Shown here: piece after piece, positions 23,706 through 32,000 of the stretch
Position numbering within the stretch: the first letter of the stretch is position 1
Layout: each line of letters begins with the position of its first letter
Origin: Erysipelotrichaceae bacterium OH741_COT-311
Lineage (GTDB): Bacteria > Bacillota_I > Bacilli_A > Erysipelotrichales > Erysipelotrichaceae
NCBI GenBank assembly: GCA_003858585.1
Contig: RQZE01000006.1
Coordinates: forward strand, 90,001-122,000
Length of the DNA stretch: 32,000 nt
Direction: 5' to 3'
The notes under the pieces: model-generated
What the model was told of the DNA's origin: nothing
Databases searched by the model: none
What the model saw: the letters and a program-made list of their open reading frames with translations, nothing else
Program-made: the position numbers and the translations under genes

Positions 23706-24467
23706 ATGAATAAACAAGATCGTATCCTTCATTTAGCAACCTTAACCGGATTTTATTTGCTGGAAAGTGGTGGGGAAACATATCGAGTCGAAGATACCAT
23801 TTGTCGTATCTTACAAAATTATGGTATGAAAGAAGTAAGTGCCTTTACTTCTCCTACCGTCATTATTTCATCATGTATGGATGACGAGCGATCTTATAGT
23901 AAAGTATTAAGAGTGAATCGTAGTAAGGCTAATTTACAGCGTATTGATTTGTTAAATCAATTATCACGTGATTCCGATAAACTCTCTGTTGATGAATTTG
24001 AAGCTCGTTTACAGCATATCATTCAACAACCTACTTATCCAGCTTGGATTGAAATTGCATGTGCAGGTATTATTGCATTGGGATTTACACTGTTTTTTGG
24101 TGGAAAAGTATGGGATGCGTTAGCAGCTTTCGTGATTGGTTGCTTTGTATATGCGTTACATGGAGTGCTTGTAAAACATGCGTTAAATCCGTTTGTTAAA
24201 GTTGCGATTCAGTCGTTTGTGATTGCTTTTTTGGCAATGGTGGGATATAAGTATCACATTGTTATGGATTATAATCTTGTCATTATCAGTACGATTATGT
24301 TATTGGTACCGGGATTAGCGATTACCAATGCTATTAAAGACTTTTTATCCGGTGATTTGGTATCCGGAACGACACGTGGTTTTGAGGCTTTCTTAATTGC
24401 GATTTTTGTGGCATTGGGTTCCGGGATGGCTTTAACGATTTGGTTAAGGCTAGGAGGTCGCTTATGA
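23706..24467 (+). CDS. Threonine/serine exporter family protein, ThrE N-half (DUF1212)
   Basis: ILHLATLTGFYLLESGGETYRVEDTICRIL is the characteristic DUF1212/ThrE opening, followed by 5 TM. Confidence 0.8.
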   Translation: MNKQDRILHLATLTGFYLLESGGETYRVEDTICRILQNYGMKEVSAFTSPTVIISSCMDDERSYSKVLRVNRSKANLQRIDLLNQLSRDSDKLSVDEFEARLQHIIQQPTYPAWIEIACAGIIALGFTLFFGGKVWDALAAFVIGCFVYALHGVLVKHALNPFVKVAIQSFVIAFLAMVGYKYHIVMDYNLVIISTIMLLVPGLAITNAIKDFLSGDLVSGTTRGFEAFLIAIFVALGSGMALTIWLRLGGRL

Positions 24468-24892
24468 TTGTTCGTATATTAGGCTCTTTACTGGCTGCTT
24501 TAGGATTTGGAGTATTGTTTAATCTTAAGCAACATAAGTTGATATACGCATGTCTTGGTGGAGGGATTGGTGCCTTAGTACATGAATTTACTATGTATCT
24601 GGGACTTTCTTCCGTATTATCTTTACTGATAGCATCCATGGTTATTACTATGTATAGTGAGATTATGGCACGTAAATTAAAGACACCGGTAACTAGTTTT
24701 ATGGTCGTGGCGCTGATTCTTTTGGTGCCAGGTGGCGGAATGTATTATACGATGTTGGAAGTCATTTTAAATCGTACGGATAATGCTATAATAATAGGTG
24801 TTGATACCTTAGCAAAGGCAGGAGCTTTGGCATTAGGAACATTTGTTTCTACAACAATTAGAAAGTTATTATTTTTCAGGGGGCATCAATAA
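24464..24892 (+). CDS. Threonine/serine exporter family protein, ThrE C-half (DUF3815)
   Basis: 142 aa with 4-5 TM (LGSLLAALGFGVLFN..., LILLVPGGGMYYTM). The ATGA overlap with the upstream stop matches the usual two-gene arrangement of this family. Confidence 0.75.
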   Translation: MIVRILGSLLAALGFGVLFNLKQHKLIYACLGGGIGALVHEFTMYLGLSSVLSLLIASMVITMYSEIMARKLKTPVTSFMVVALILLVPGGGMYYTMLEVILNRTDNAIIIGVDTLAKAGALALGTFVSTTIRKLLFFRGHQ

Positions 24893-25794
24893 TGCAAAAT
24901 AAAAGGGCAATTTCACCAATTATCATTGGTATTATATTTTTAATCCTTACACGCTTGTTTGGATTTATAAGTTTTATCTTTTTGGGTTTTATTCTCAGCT
25001 TGTTTTTTGCAAATAAAAAAGATCAGAAACAAACAGCGATGGAGAAACGTCATCATAAGTATAAAATAAAACTTACCAAGAAAAACGAAGAACAGATTAA
25101 TCATAAATTAAAGGAGTATTTTACGGATAATGATCGTTTGATTGTTATTGATGGAATTAGTTTGCGTCCGTTAAAAGGGAGTTATGAAAATTTAAAGAAT
25201 TTGAATATGTATTACAATGAGGAGTGCATTGCAACCTTAGATGAATTCGCAAGCAGTTATCCAAGTGTTGCGCAGGAAATTTATGATTTATTAGTGAATT
25301 TTGCAAATAAGGAAGTGAAAGAAAAACCGAAGGTGCAAGAAAGTCCGAAGCGCATAGAGCCTAGTGCAACTTTATATATGAATCGTATCAATCAATTAAA
25401 TAATGAAATTGAACATGAAGAGATTTCAAATGGTTTATATAAAACAGCTTCTTTATTAAAAAACATTGAAGTGATTGAGCAAAAAGATCCAAATAGTAAG
25501 GAACAATTAACGAAGTTATATAGTTACTATATGCCTATTTTGGTGGATATTTTAGAAAAATACAAATCATTGTCGTTGGGTGATGTAAATAATCAAGAGT
25601 ATTTAAAGAGTGAAGAACAATTAATTAAGACCATCGTTTTAATTAATGAGGCGTTAAAAAATATTATTAGTACATTAAATGAAGATGATTATATGCATTT
25701 GTCGGCTGATATTACTACCTTACAGTCTTTGCTTAAGAAAGATGGTTTGGTTGATGAAGGTACTTTGAAAGTAGGTAATGATTATGAACGATAA
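24892..25794 (+). CDS. XpaC-like (5-bromo-4-chloroindolyl phosphate hydrolysis protein family) membrane protein
   Basis: Two N-terminal TM segments are followed by a helical domain. LTKLYSYYMPILVDILEKYKSLS...IKTIVLINEALKNIISTL...ADITTLQSLLKKDGL fits the XpaC family pattern (yYLP...kLl..Y..l ... d...l...l...gl). The start overlaps the upstream stop (TAATG). Confidence 0.55.
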   Translation: MQNKRAISPIIIGIIFLILTRLFGFISFIFLGFILSLFFANKKDQKQTAMEKRHHKYKIKLTKKNEEQINHKLKEYFTDNDRLIVIDGISLRPLKGSYENLKNLNMYYNEECIATLDEFASSYPSVAQEIYDLLVNFANKEVKEKPKVQESPKRIEPSATLYMNRINQLNNEIEHEEISNGLYKTASLLKNIEVIEQKDPNSKEQLTKLYSYYMPILVDILEKYKSLSLGDVNNQEYLKSEEQLIKTIVLINEALKNIISTLNEDDYMHLSADITTLQSLLKKDGLVDEGTLKVGNDYER

Positions 25795-26335
25795 GAGAAA
25801 TAGCATAAAAGACGAAGTGGAACATATTTTTGATGCCTTGTATGATGATCTTGCTAAGGATAAGTTAGATATTGATCCCAAGGCCTTTGGGCGTGTGTTT
25901 AATAAAGATGAAAATGATGAATATACGCTATTTCGTGATTCTAAGTATGAAAAGTATAGTTATCGTCCGTTATCTCGTCCAATGGTGTTAAAGAGTTATC
26001 GTGATTTAACGTTTGATTCTCGTTATGATTATTTTATTAATTATATTAGTAATGTGGACTATCGTGGGCGTGGACAAGAAGATCCTTATCGTAAAGGTCA
26101 TATGGCTGCTTTAGAGAAGTATTATCATAAGGGACAACAAAATAAAGATAATTTGTTAATCATAGAACCGATCTTAGAAAATGAAATCTTACGTGCAAAG
26201 GGGAAAAAGAATCATTATCAATATGATGGTGGTTATTATGATGGCTTATTGTATGTGCGTTTGGCACTGAAGAAAAGTAAATGGAATATGATTGATAAGA
26301 TTGCAGAAGAATTGAACAAGAAGTTGAAGAGGTAG
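25778..26335 (+). CDS. Hypothetical soluble protein, Tyr/Asp/Arg-rich, no recognisable family
   Basis: 185-aa ORF overlapping the upstream gene by 17 nt and ending 2 nt before the next ATG. Contains YRGRGQEDPYRKGH and YQYDGGYYDGLLYV. Confidence 0.55.
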   Translation: MIMNDKRNSIKDEVEHIFDALYDDLAKDKLDIDPKAFGRVFNKDENDEYTLFRDSKYEKYSYRPLSRPMVLKSYRDLTFDSRYDYFINYISNVDYRGRGQEDPYRKGHMAALEKYYHKGQQNKDNLLIIEPILENEILRAKGKKNHYQYDGGYYDGLLYVRLALKKSKWNMIDKIAEELNKKLKR

Positions 26336-26337
26336 TT

Positions 26338-28332
26338 ATGAAGCAAGAAAAACGTGAACAATTGTTGAAAGAGGTATTAGGGAAAAAACGTAGTTTACAT
26401 AATTTAAATCAAGAAGCAAAAGAGTTGGTAGATATTACTAATCAAGAGTTATTAAATCTGATACAATCCAATCAACAAGAGATTCTTCAACTATCCAAAG
26501 AATTAAATTTTACGGATGAAGATTTTGAGAATCTACGTAAGGATATTGAAAAGGATTTTCATGTCAAAGTGGAAGATACAACCATACCGGTAAATCCTAA
26601 GGACATTAAAGTGATTTTTCAAGAAATGGAAGAGAATTTGAATCGTGTCGTATTAGGGCAAGCTCAAGCGATTAAAGATATGATAGTGGCATTAAAAAGA
26701 CCATATGTAATAGGTAGTCATCCGGATTATTTAAAGAATACAATTTTAATTCATGGTAATAATGGTACCGGACGTCATTTATTGGTTAAGGAAGTAGCCA
26801 ATGAATTGCTTAAGCATAAACTTAGTCCATCCAATGAAATTGCAATCTTGGATATGCAACGTTATCAATCAAGCAGTCAAGAGACTATCTTTCTTCAAGA
26901 TTTGTATATGGCATTGAATGGAAATGCTGGTATCATTGCGGTAGAACATATTACAGAGGGATATACAGTGTTTAATCGTATGCTTCAACAATTAGTGGTA
27001 GAGAAGCGTATTGTGTTAAACAAGCGTTATACATTAAAACATGGCTATCTTCAAGAGGCGACAAGTGGCTTAGTCAAGGATGCCATTGATGTGTTGACCG
27101 GGAATGGTAAGTTGTTAGTCTTTCTTACCGATAAGAAAATGTCGGATGTATTGGATACCTATGGAAAACAATTCATTGATACAGTTGTTGATAAGATTGA
27201 AACGGTCAAGTTAAATGATGCGGTGATTGGTGTCATTGTAGATAAGCTTTTAGAGAGTTTATTAAACAAGATGAAGGTTCAGTTAAAGGTACAAGTACAG
27301 TTGCATGATAGTGTGAAACAATGGTTGCTGTCAAAGTATCAACCAAGTGATGGGATGGATTCGATTACACCATTTATTCAGGTAATTTATAATGCTTTAG
27401 TGGATGTGGTCTTAAATCATCATGATGTTAGTGGAGTGGAAATACAGTTTGATGAAACATTAATGATTAAGCATCATGAAGAATGGATTAAGGTGGATTT
27501 GCGTGATGATTCGGTTGTGGAGCGTCAAAAAATTCAAGAAGAATTGGATCGTATTGTTGGCTTGGATGAAGTAAAAGAGTATTTACTTTCTTTGGAAGAT
27601 CATTTAAAGATTACAAACTTGCGTAAGCAAAAGGGTCTAAAGGTTACCGAAGTAAGTAAACATATGATTTTTACAGGAAATCCTGGTACTGGTAAGACGA
27701 CGATTGCACGTTTGGTTTCTCGTTTGATGAAGGTTGCGGGTGTTTTAAAACAAGGACAGCTGGTGGAGGTTACTCGTCAAGACTTAGTTGGTAAGTATGT
27801 TGGTCATACTGCACCATTAACAATGTCAGTGATTCAAAGTGCTTTGGGTGGTGTTTTATTCATTGATGAGGCATATTCTTTATATCGTGGTAAAGATGAT
27901 TCGTTTGGTTTAGAGGCGATTGATACTTTAGTAAAGGCAATGGAAGATTATCGAGATGATCTGATTGTGATTTTAGCGGGTTATTCGAAAGAGATGAGTG
28001 AGTTTTTAACATCGAATTCAGGATTAAAATCACGTTTTGCCAATATCATTCATTTTAAAGATTATACAGGGATGCAGTTGTTACAAATTGCTCGTATCAT
28101 TGCTCAAAGTAAAGAATATAAGTTAAATATGGCTGTTGAAAAGCCATTGTTAGAGTATTTCTTAAAGGTACAAGCAGATAATAGTCAAACAAGTGGTAAT
28201 GGACGTTTGGCTCGTAATGTTATTGAAGATGCCATTTTAAAACAGGCAAAGCGTATTTTAAAGAATCCTGATGCGGATATGTTGGAGCTTGTTTTAGAGG
28301 ATTTTGATGTATTAGCACAAGACAACGAATAA
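26338..28332 (+). CDS. Two-domain AAA+ protein: degenerate Clp-D2-like domain plus intact SpoVK/CbbX-type AAA domain
   Basis: Domain 1: VLGQAQAIKDMIVALKRP...NTILIHGNNGTGRHLLVKEVANEL...GIIAVEHITEG. This has the ClpA/B D2 layout, but Walker A Lys is replaced by Arg-His and Walker B DE by EH. Domain 2: IVGLDEVKEYL...MIFTGNPGTGKTTIARLV...VLFIDEAYSL...LIVILAGY...LKSRF, with canonical SpoVK/CbbX motifs. Confidence 0.8.
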   Translation: MKQEKREQLLKEVLGKKRSLHNLNQEAKELVDITNQELLNLIQSNQQEILQLSKELNFTDEDFENLRKDIEKDFHVKVEDTTIPVNPKDIKVIFQEMEENLNRVVLGQAQAIKDMIVALKRPYVIGSHPDYLKNTILIHGNNGTGRHLLVKEVANELLKHKLSPSNEIAILDMQRYQSSSQETIFLQDLYMALNGNAGIIAVEHITEGYTVFNRMLQQLVVEKRIVLNKRYTLKHGYLQEATSGLVKDAIDVLTGNGKLLVFLTDKKMSDVLDTYGKQFIDTVVDKIETVKLNDAVIGVIVDKLLESLLNKMKVQLKVQVQLHDSVKQWLLSKYQPSDGMDSITPFIQVIYNALVDVVLNHHDVSGVEIQFDETLMIKHHEEWIKVDLRDDSVVERQKIQEELDRIVGLDEVKEYLLSLEDHLKITNLRKQKGLKVTEVSKHMIFTGNPGTGKTTIARLVSRLMKVAGVLKQGQLVEVTRQDLVGKYVGHTAPLTMSVIQSALGGVLFIDEAYSLYRGKDDSFGLEAIDTLVKAMEDYRDDLIVILAGYSKEMSEFLTSNSGLKSRFANIIHFKDYTGMQLLQIARIIAQSKEYKLNMAVEKPLLEYFLKVQADNSQTSGNGRLARNVIEDAILKQAKRILKNPDADMLELVLEDFDVLAQDNE

Positions 28333-28346
28333 CGTTGTCTTTTTTG
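28320..28346 (+). terminator. Rho-independent terminator closing the five-gene operon
   Basis: AGACAACG (28320-27), loop AATAA, CGTTGTCT (28333-40) as a perfect 8-bp stem, followed by TTTTT. It overlaps the stop codon of the AAA+ gene. Confidence 0.7.
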
Positions 28347-28354
28347 GAGGGTGT

Positions 28355-29041
28355 ATGAGTAAGATACAAAAAGAGCTTAAAAAGATGCAGGATCTTGCAT
28401 ATCGTGATTTTAATGCTAAGTTAATTCCGAATGTAGATGTTTCTACTATGATTGGTGTACGCAGTCCTATGCTTAAGCGTTATGCCAAAGAGATTTCTAA
28501 GGATGAAAAGACAAAGAATGATTTTTTAAAGAGTTTACCGCACGTTTATTTTGATGAATATATGCTACATATTCACATCATTAATTTAGAGAAAGACTTA
28601 GAAATTGCTTTTAAGGAGGTCAATAAGTTATTGCCTTATGTTGATAATTGGGCGGTGTGTGATTCTTTGTGTCCTAACATTTTTAAGAAATATCCCGATG
28701 AGGTGTATGCGTGTATTTTAAAGTGGTTAACGAGTGAGCATGTCTATACCAAACGGTTTGCGATTGGTTTATTACTGAGCAATTATCTAGATGAGCATTT
28801 TAAAGAAGAACATTTGAGATTAGTTAGTCAGTTAAATAGCGATGATTATTATTTGGATATGATGATTGCTTGGTATTTCAGTATTGCATTAATCAAGCAG
28901 TGGAATTGTACCTTACCATATTTTACCAATCCTACTATGAAACCTTGGGTTATTAATAAAGCAATAAGCAAGGGGATTGACAGTTATCGTTTAAGTAAAG
29001 AACAGAAGGATTATTTACGAAGCTTAAAAATCAAAAAGTAA
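28355..29041 (+). CDS. DNA alkylation repair protein (AlkD/AlkC-like HEAT-repeat family)
   Basis: AYRDFNAKLIPNV...IGVRSPMLKRYAKEI...VDNWAVCDSLC...KRFAIGLL is the pattern of the DNA_alkylation family. Confidence 0.75.
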   Translation: MSKIQKELKKMQDLAYRDFNAKLIPNVDVSTMIGVRSPMLKRYAKEISKDEKTKNDFLKSLPHVYFDEYMLHIHIINLEKDLEIAFKEVNKLLPYVDNWAVCDSLCPNIFKKYPDEVYACILKWLTSEHVYTKRFAIGLLLSNYLDEHFKEEHLRLVSQLNSDDYYLDMMIAWYFSIALIKQWNCTLPYFTNPTMKPWVINKAISKGIDSYRLSKEQKDYLRSLKIKK

Positions 29042-29071
29042 AATATGGTAAAATAAGATAGAGGGTTGGAT

Positions 29072-30517
29072 ATGAAAACAATAACAAGAGATTTATCACT
29101 ATTGATGGATTTTTATCAATTGACCATGGCAAACGGTTATTTTAAAGATGGCTTAAAAGATCAAGAGGTTATTTTTGAGATGTTTTTTCGTAGAGTGCCG
29201 GATGGCGGTGGTTTTGCGATTATGTGTGGCTTGCAACAAGTCATTGAATACATTAATCATTTAACATTTACGGATGAAGATATTACCTTTTTGCGTAATA
29301 AGCATCTGTTTGACGAAGCCTTTTTAGAATATCTAAAAAACTTTAAGTGCACCTTGGATATTTATGCGTTTAAAGAGGGCACACCGATTTTTCCAAATGA
29401 ACCGATTATTAAGGTTGTGGGGTCCATTATACAAGCACAGTTAATTGAAACGATGATTTTATTAACTGTCAATCATCAAAGTTTAATTGCGACAAAAGCC
29501 AATCGCATTGTGCGTAGTGCCGAAGGTAAAGTGGTGATGGAATTTGGAGCACGTAGAGCGCATGGGTATGATGCCGCTTTATATGGTGCAAGAGCGGCGT
29601 ATATTGGTGGTGTAAATAGTAGTGCTAACGTCTTATCTGATAAGCTGTTTGATATACCATCGGTTGGGACTATGGCTCATAGCTTTGTACAGTTATATCC
29701 GGATGAATATACTGCATTTAAAAAGTATTGTTGGATGTACCCAAATAATGCCAGTTTATTAGTAGATACCTATAATGTGTTAAAAAGTGGGGTTCCAAAT
29801 GCTATTTTGGTAGCGAAAGAGGTACTGCATCCAATGGGACAGCGTTTAAAAAGTATTCGTTTAGATAGTGGGGATTTAACTTATTTGTCTAAAAAAGCTC
29901 GTAAGATGTTGGATCAAGCCGGTATGCAGGATTGTAAGATTATCGTGTCAAATAGTTTGGATGAGTATATGATTCAATCATTATTGATTCAAGGGGCTTG
30001 TATTGATTATTTTGGGGTTGGAGAACGTTTGATTAGTGCCAAAAGTGAACCGGTTTTTGGTGGAGTTTATAAAATTGCGGCGGTTAAAGAAAATGGTAAG
30101 TTTGAACCACGCATTAAGATTAGTGAAAACATTGAAAAAATTACAACACCTGCTGATAAAGAGGTATATCGTCTCTATGATGAAAATCATAAGGCAATTG
30201 CGGATGTTTTGACCCTTAAAGATGAAGTCATTGATACAAGTAAGCCTTATACAATTTTTGATCCAATTAGTACGTGGAAGCGTAAAGAGTTAGTTAACTT
30301 TACGGTAGAGCCAATGTTGGTGCCAATCTTTATTAAAGGAAAACAAGTTTATCAAAGTCCAAGTGTAAGTGAAATACGAGAATACTGTATACAACAAGTT
30401 CAAACGTTATGGGAAGAGTCTTTGCGTTTTGAAAATCCGCATAATTACTATGTTGACTTGTCAAAGCCGTTATGGGATTTGAAACAAGAATTACTGGAAA
30501 GTAAGAACCAGCGATGA
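29072..30517 (+). CDS. pncB: Nicotinate phosphoribosyltransferase
   Basis: LLMDFYQLTMANGYF...FEMFFR...GTMAHSFVQ...IRLDSGDL are NAPRTase family motifs. I chose the ATG at 29072. Confidence 0.9.
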   Translation: MKTITRDLSLLMDFYQLTMANGYFKDGLKDQEVIFEMFFRRVPDGGGFAIMCGLQQVIEYINHLTFTDEDITFLRNKHLFDEAFLEYLKNFKCTLDIYAFKEGTPIFPNEPIIKVVGSIIQAQLIETMILLTVNHQSLIATKANRIVRSAEGKVVMEFGARRAHGYDAALYGARAAYIGGVNSSANVLSDKLFDIPSVGTMAHSFVQLYPDEYTAFKKYCWMYPNNASLLVDTYNVLKSGVPNAILVAKEVLHPMGQRLKSIRLDSGDLTYLSKKARKMLDQAGMQDCKIIVSNSLDEYMIQSLLIQGACIDYFGVGERLISAKSEPVFGGVYKIAAVKENGKFEPRIKISENIEKITTPADKEVYRLYDENHKAIADVLTLKDEVIDTSKPYTIFDPISTWKRKELVNFTVEPMLVPIFIKGKQVYQSPSVSEIREYCIQQVQTLWEESLRFENPHNYYVDLSKPLWDLKQELLESKNQR

Positions 30518-31092
30518 AGGCAGTTTATGTAGGGTCATTTAATCCCGTTACCTATGGACATTTAGAGGTTGCCACAACAGCTTTGATGTATGCAGAAGAT
30601 GTTATTTTTGTTCCCGTTTCAGATTATTATAATAAAACTAGTTTGACAGTATCCGCTTTGCATCGTATTGAGATGTTAAAAAGAGCGTTAAAAAATCCTA
30701 AATTTAAGATTTCAAGAATTGAAGTGGATAGTACACGCCAATATAAAACCATCGAAACACTAACATTTCTAAAGAATGTTTATCATGAGGAACTAATGTT
30801 GGTGATAGGTGCCGATAATTTAAAGGAAATTAGTCGTTGGTATCAAGCGGAAGAATTGTTAAAGACGTATTACCTTTTAGTATTTAATCGTAATGAAGAT
30901 TTAAAACAAATTGTACTGACGGATCCATTACTGGCGAAATATCAAGAGCGTATCCATTTAGTCAATGATTTTGATAAAGATATTTCAAGTGAACAAGTAC
31001 GTAAGTTGTGTAAAATGAAGCAAAGTATTGAAGAATATGTTCCAAATGAAGTAGCATCTTATATTTATGAACATAAACTATATCAGGAATAA
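30514..31092 (+). CDS. nadD: Nicotinate-nucleotide adenylyltransferase
   Basis: GSFNPVTYGHL is the (T/H)xGH nucleotidyltransferase motif and ISSEQVR is the ISST-like motif. It has an ATGA overlap with pncB. Confidence 0.85.
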   Translation: MKAVYVGSFNPVTYGHLEVATTALMYAEDVIFVPVSDYYNKTSLTVSALHRIEMLKRALKNPKFKISRIEVDSTRQYKTIETLTFLKNVYHEELMLVIGADNLKEISRWYQAEELLKTYYLLVFNRNEDLKQIVLTDPLLAKYQERIHLVNDFDKDISSEQVRKLCKMKQSIEEYVPNEVASYIYEHKLYQE

Positions 31093-31101
31093 GGAGTTTG
31101 T

Positions 31102-31845
31102 ATGGAGTATTTAAGAGATTGGAAGCAGGAGATTTTAGATCGTGCAGCATGGATTGCACAATATGTAAGCAATGCCAAGGCAAATGGTGTTGGCTTAGGG
31201 TTAAGTGGTGGTAAAGATAGTGTGATTGTTTCTTTCTTGTGCCATGAGGCTAAAGTACCTATTTTAGGGTGTGCTTTGCCCATTGGAAATGCGAAGGAAG
31301 ATGAAGAAATTGCAAAGTATTATGCGGATATGTTTCAGATTGAGTTTTATAATCTGAATTTGCAAAAGCCTTTTGAAGCGTTAATGAAATGTATGGAAGA
31401 AACTGCTATTCAAGTGGAGGGCTTATCTATGGCAAATATAAAGCCACGTTTGCGTATGACAACGATGTATGCTTTGTGTCAAGCACGTAATTATTTAGTG
31501 ATTGGTACCGGTAATCTTAGTGAATATACAACGGGTTATTTTACAAAGTGGGGCGATGGAGCTTATGATTTTAATCCCATTCGTGATTTGACAGTTCGAG
31601 AATTAAATGATTTGATGAAGTACATTGATGAACACTATGACTATGATTTTAAAACGATTCGTGCTCGTGTTCCTTCCGGGGGGTTATATATTGGGCAAAC
31701 AGATGAAGAAGAACTAGGTATTAGCTATGAAAAGATTGATGAGTATATTTTGGGAACTCCGGATCTTGAAACAAAGGAATATTTAGATCGTTTATATCAA
31801 AGAACCAATCATAAGCGTACATTGCCTCCTGTATATAAAAAGTAA
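31102..31845 (+). CDS. nadE: Ammonia-dependent NAD+ synthetase
   Basis: The PP-loop GLSGGKDS is present, along with GTGNLSEYTTGYFTKWGDG. The about 247-aa size fits NadE. Confidence 0.9.
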   Translation: MEYLRDWKQEILDRAAWIAQYVSNAKANGVGLGLSGGKDSVIVSFLCHEAKVPILGCALPIGNAKEDEEIAKYYADMFQIEFYNLNLQKPFEALMKCMEETAIQVEGLSMANIKPRLRMTTMYALCQARNYLVIGTGNLSEYTTGYFTKWGDGAYDFNPIRDLTVRELNDLMKYIDEHYDYDFKTIRARVPSGGLYIGQTDEEELGISYEKIDEYILGTPDLETKEYLDRLYQRTNHKRTLPPVYKK

Positions 31846-32000
31846 CTCACATAATTTTACATAAAGAAAACAAATTATTTCGATAAGAACTTGGTATGAT
31901 GTATGTACAAGGTATAATAGAAGCCTTGTAGTACATAGTAATATCCCCTTATTATTCGTACAAAACATTCTATCCCCTTATAAGTTTTAGAAAAAAGGTC

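Noticed and set aside
24334-24639. 101-aa minus-strand ORF.
   Set aside because: It is antisense across the junction of the two ThrE genes.
29981-31283. Minus-strand ORFs 29981-30190, 30962-31183 and 31083-31283.
   Set aside because: They are antisense to pncB, nadD and nadE, which have unambiguous family motifs.

Overview
The window looks like a low-GC Firmicutes chromosome segment (Erysipelotrichaceae- or Clostridia-like codon usage, a by-eye impression only). All family calls come from motifs I read in the supplied translations or translated by hand. No database search was possible.

Layout:
- 1-2350 (-): a truncated AddB/RexB-like nuclease subunit that is missing from the ORF track.
- 2404-4755 (-): a PadR / coiled-coil / DUF1700 (HAAS) membrane-sensor operon.
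- 4854-8255 (+): an orphan gene, dps, a small membrane protein, a tocopherol-cyclase-like gene and a SAM methyltransferase.
- 8256-9921: an extremely AT-rich islet with a lone Mrr-cat-type PD-(D/E)XK nuclease that carries an unknown C-terminal domain.
- 9922-13083 (+): small accessory genes (GNATs, TfoX-N, glyoxalase-like, DUF3267).
- ~13075-18829: a 5.75-kb integrative mobilizable element inserted inside a GNAT gene. It has a large serine recombinase, a TnpW-like peptide, a DUF3847-like protein, a hairpin-rich oriT-like region, a MobA/MobL relaxase and two cargo cassettes.
- 19669-21568 (+): mgtE behind a short leader plus terminator with no recognisable M-box, then two small membrane ORFs.
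- 21635-21930: a decayed gene.
- 22071-23609 (-): a PII-like protein plus a CPA2 antiporter.
- 23706-28346 (+): a five-gene translationally coupled operon (ThrE halves, XpaC-like protein, unknown protein, two-domain AAA+ protein).
- 28355-31845 (+): alkD-like gene and pncB-nadD-nadE.

I saw no rRNA, tRNA or CRISPR array.

The best candidates for something undescribed are the ThrE/XpaC/unknown/AAA+ operon, the solitary Mrr-cat nuclease islet, and the mobilizable element with its cassette-like cargo (ICMT-like methyltransferase and an Imm5-like orphan). I cannot single out one of these as a proven novel system from sequence alone.
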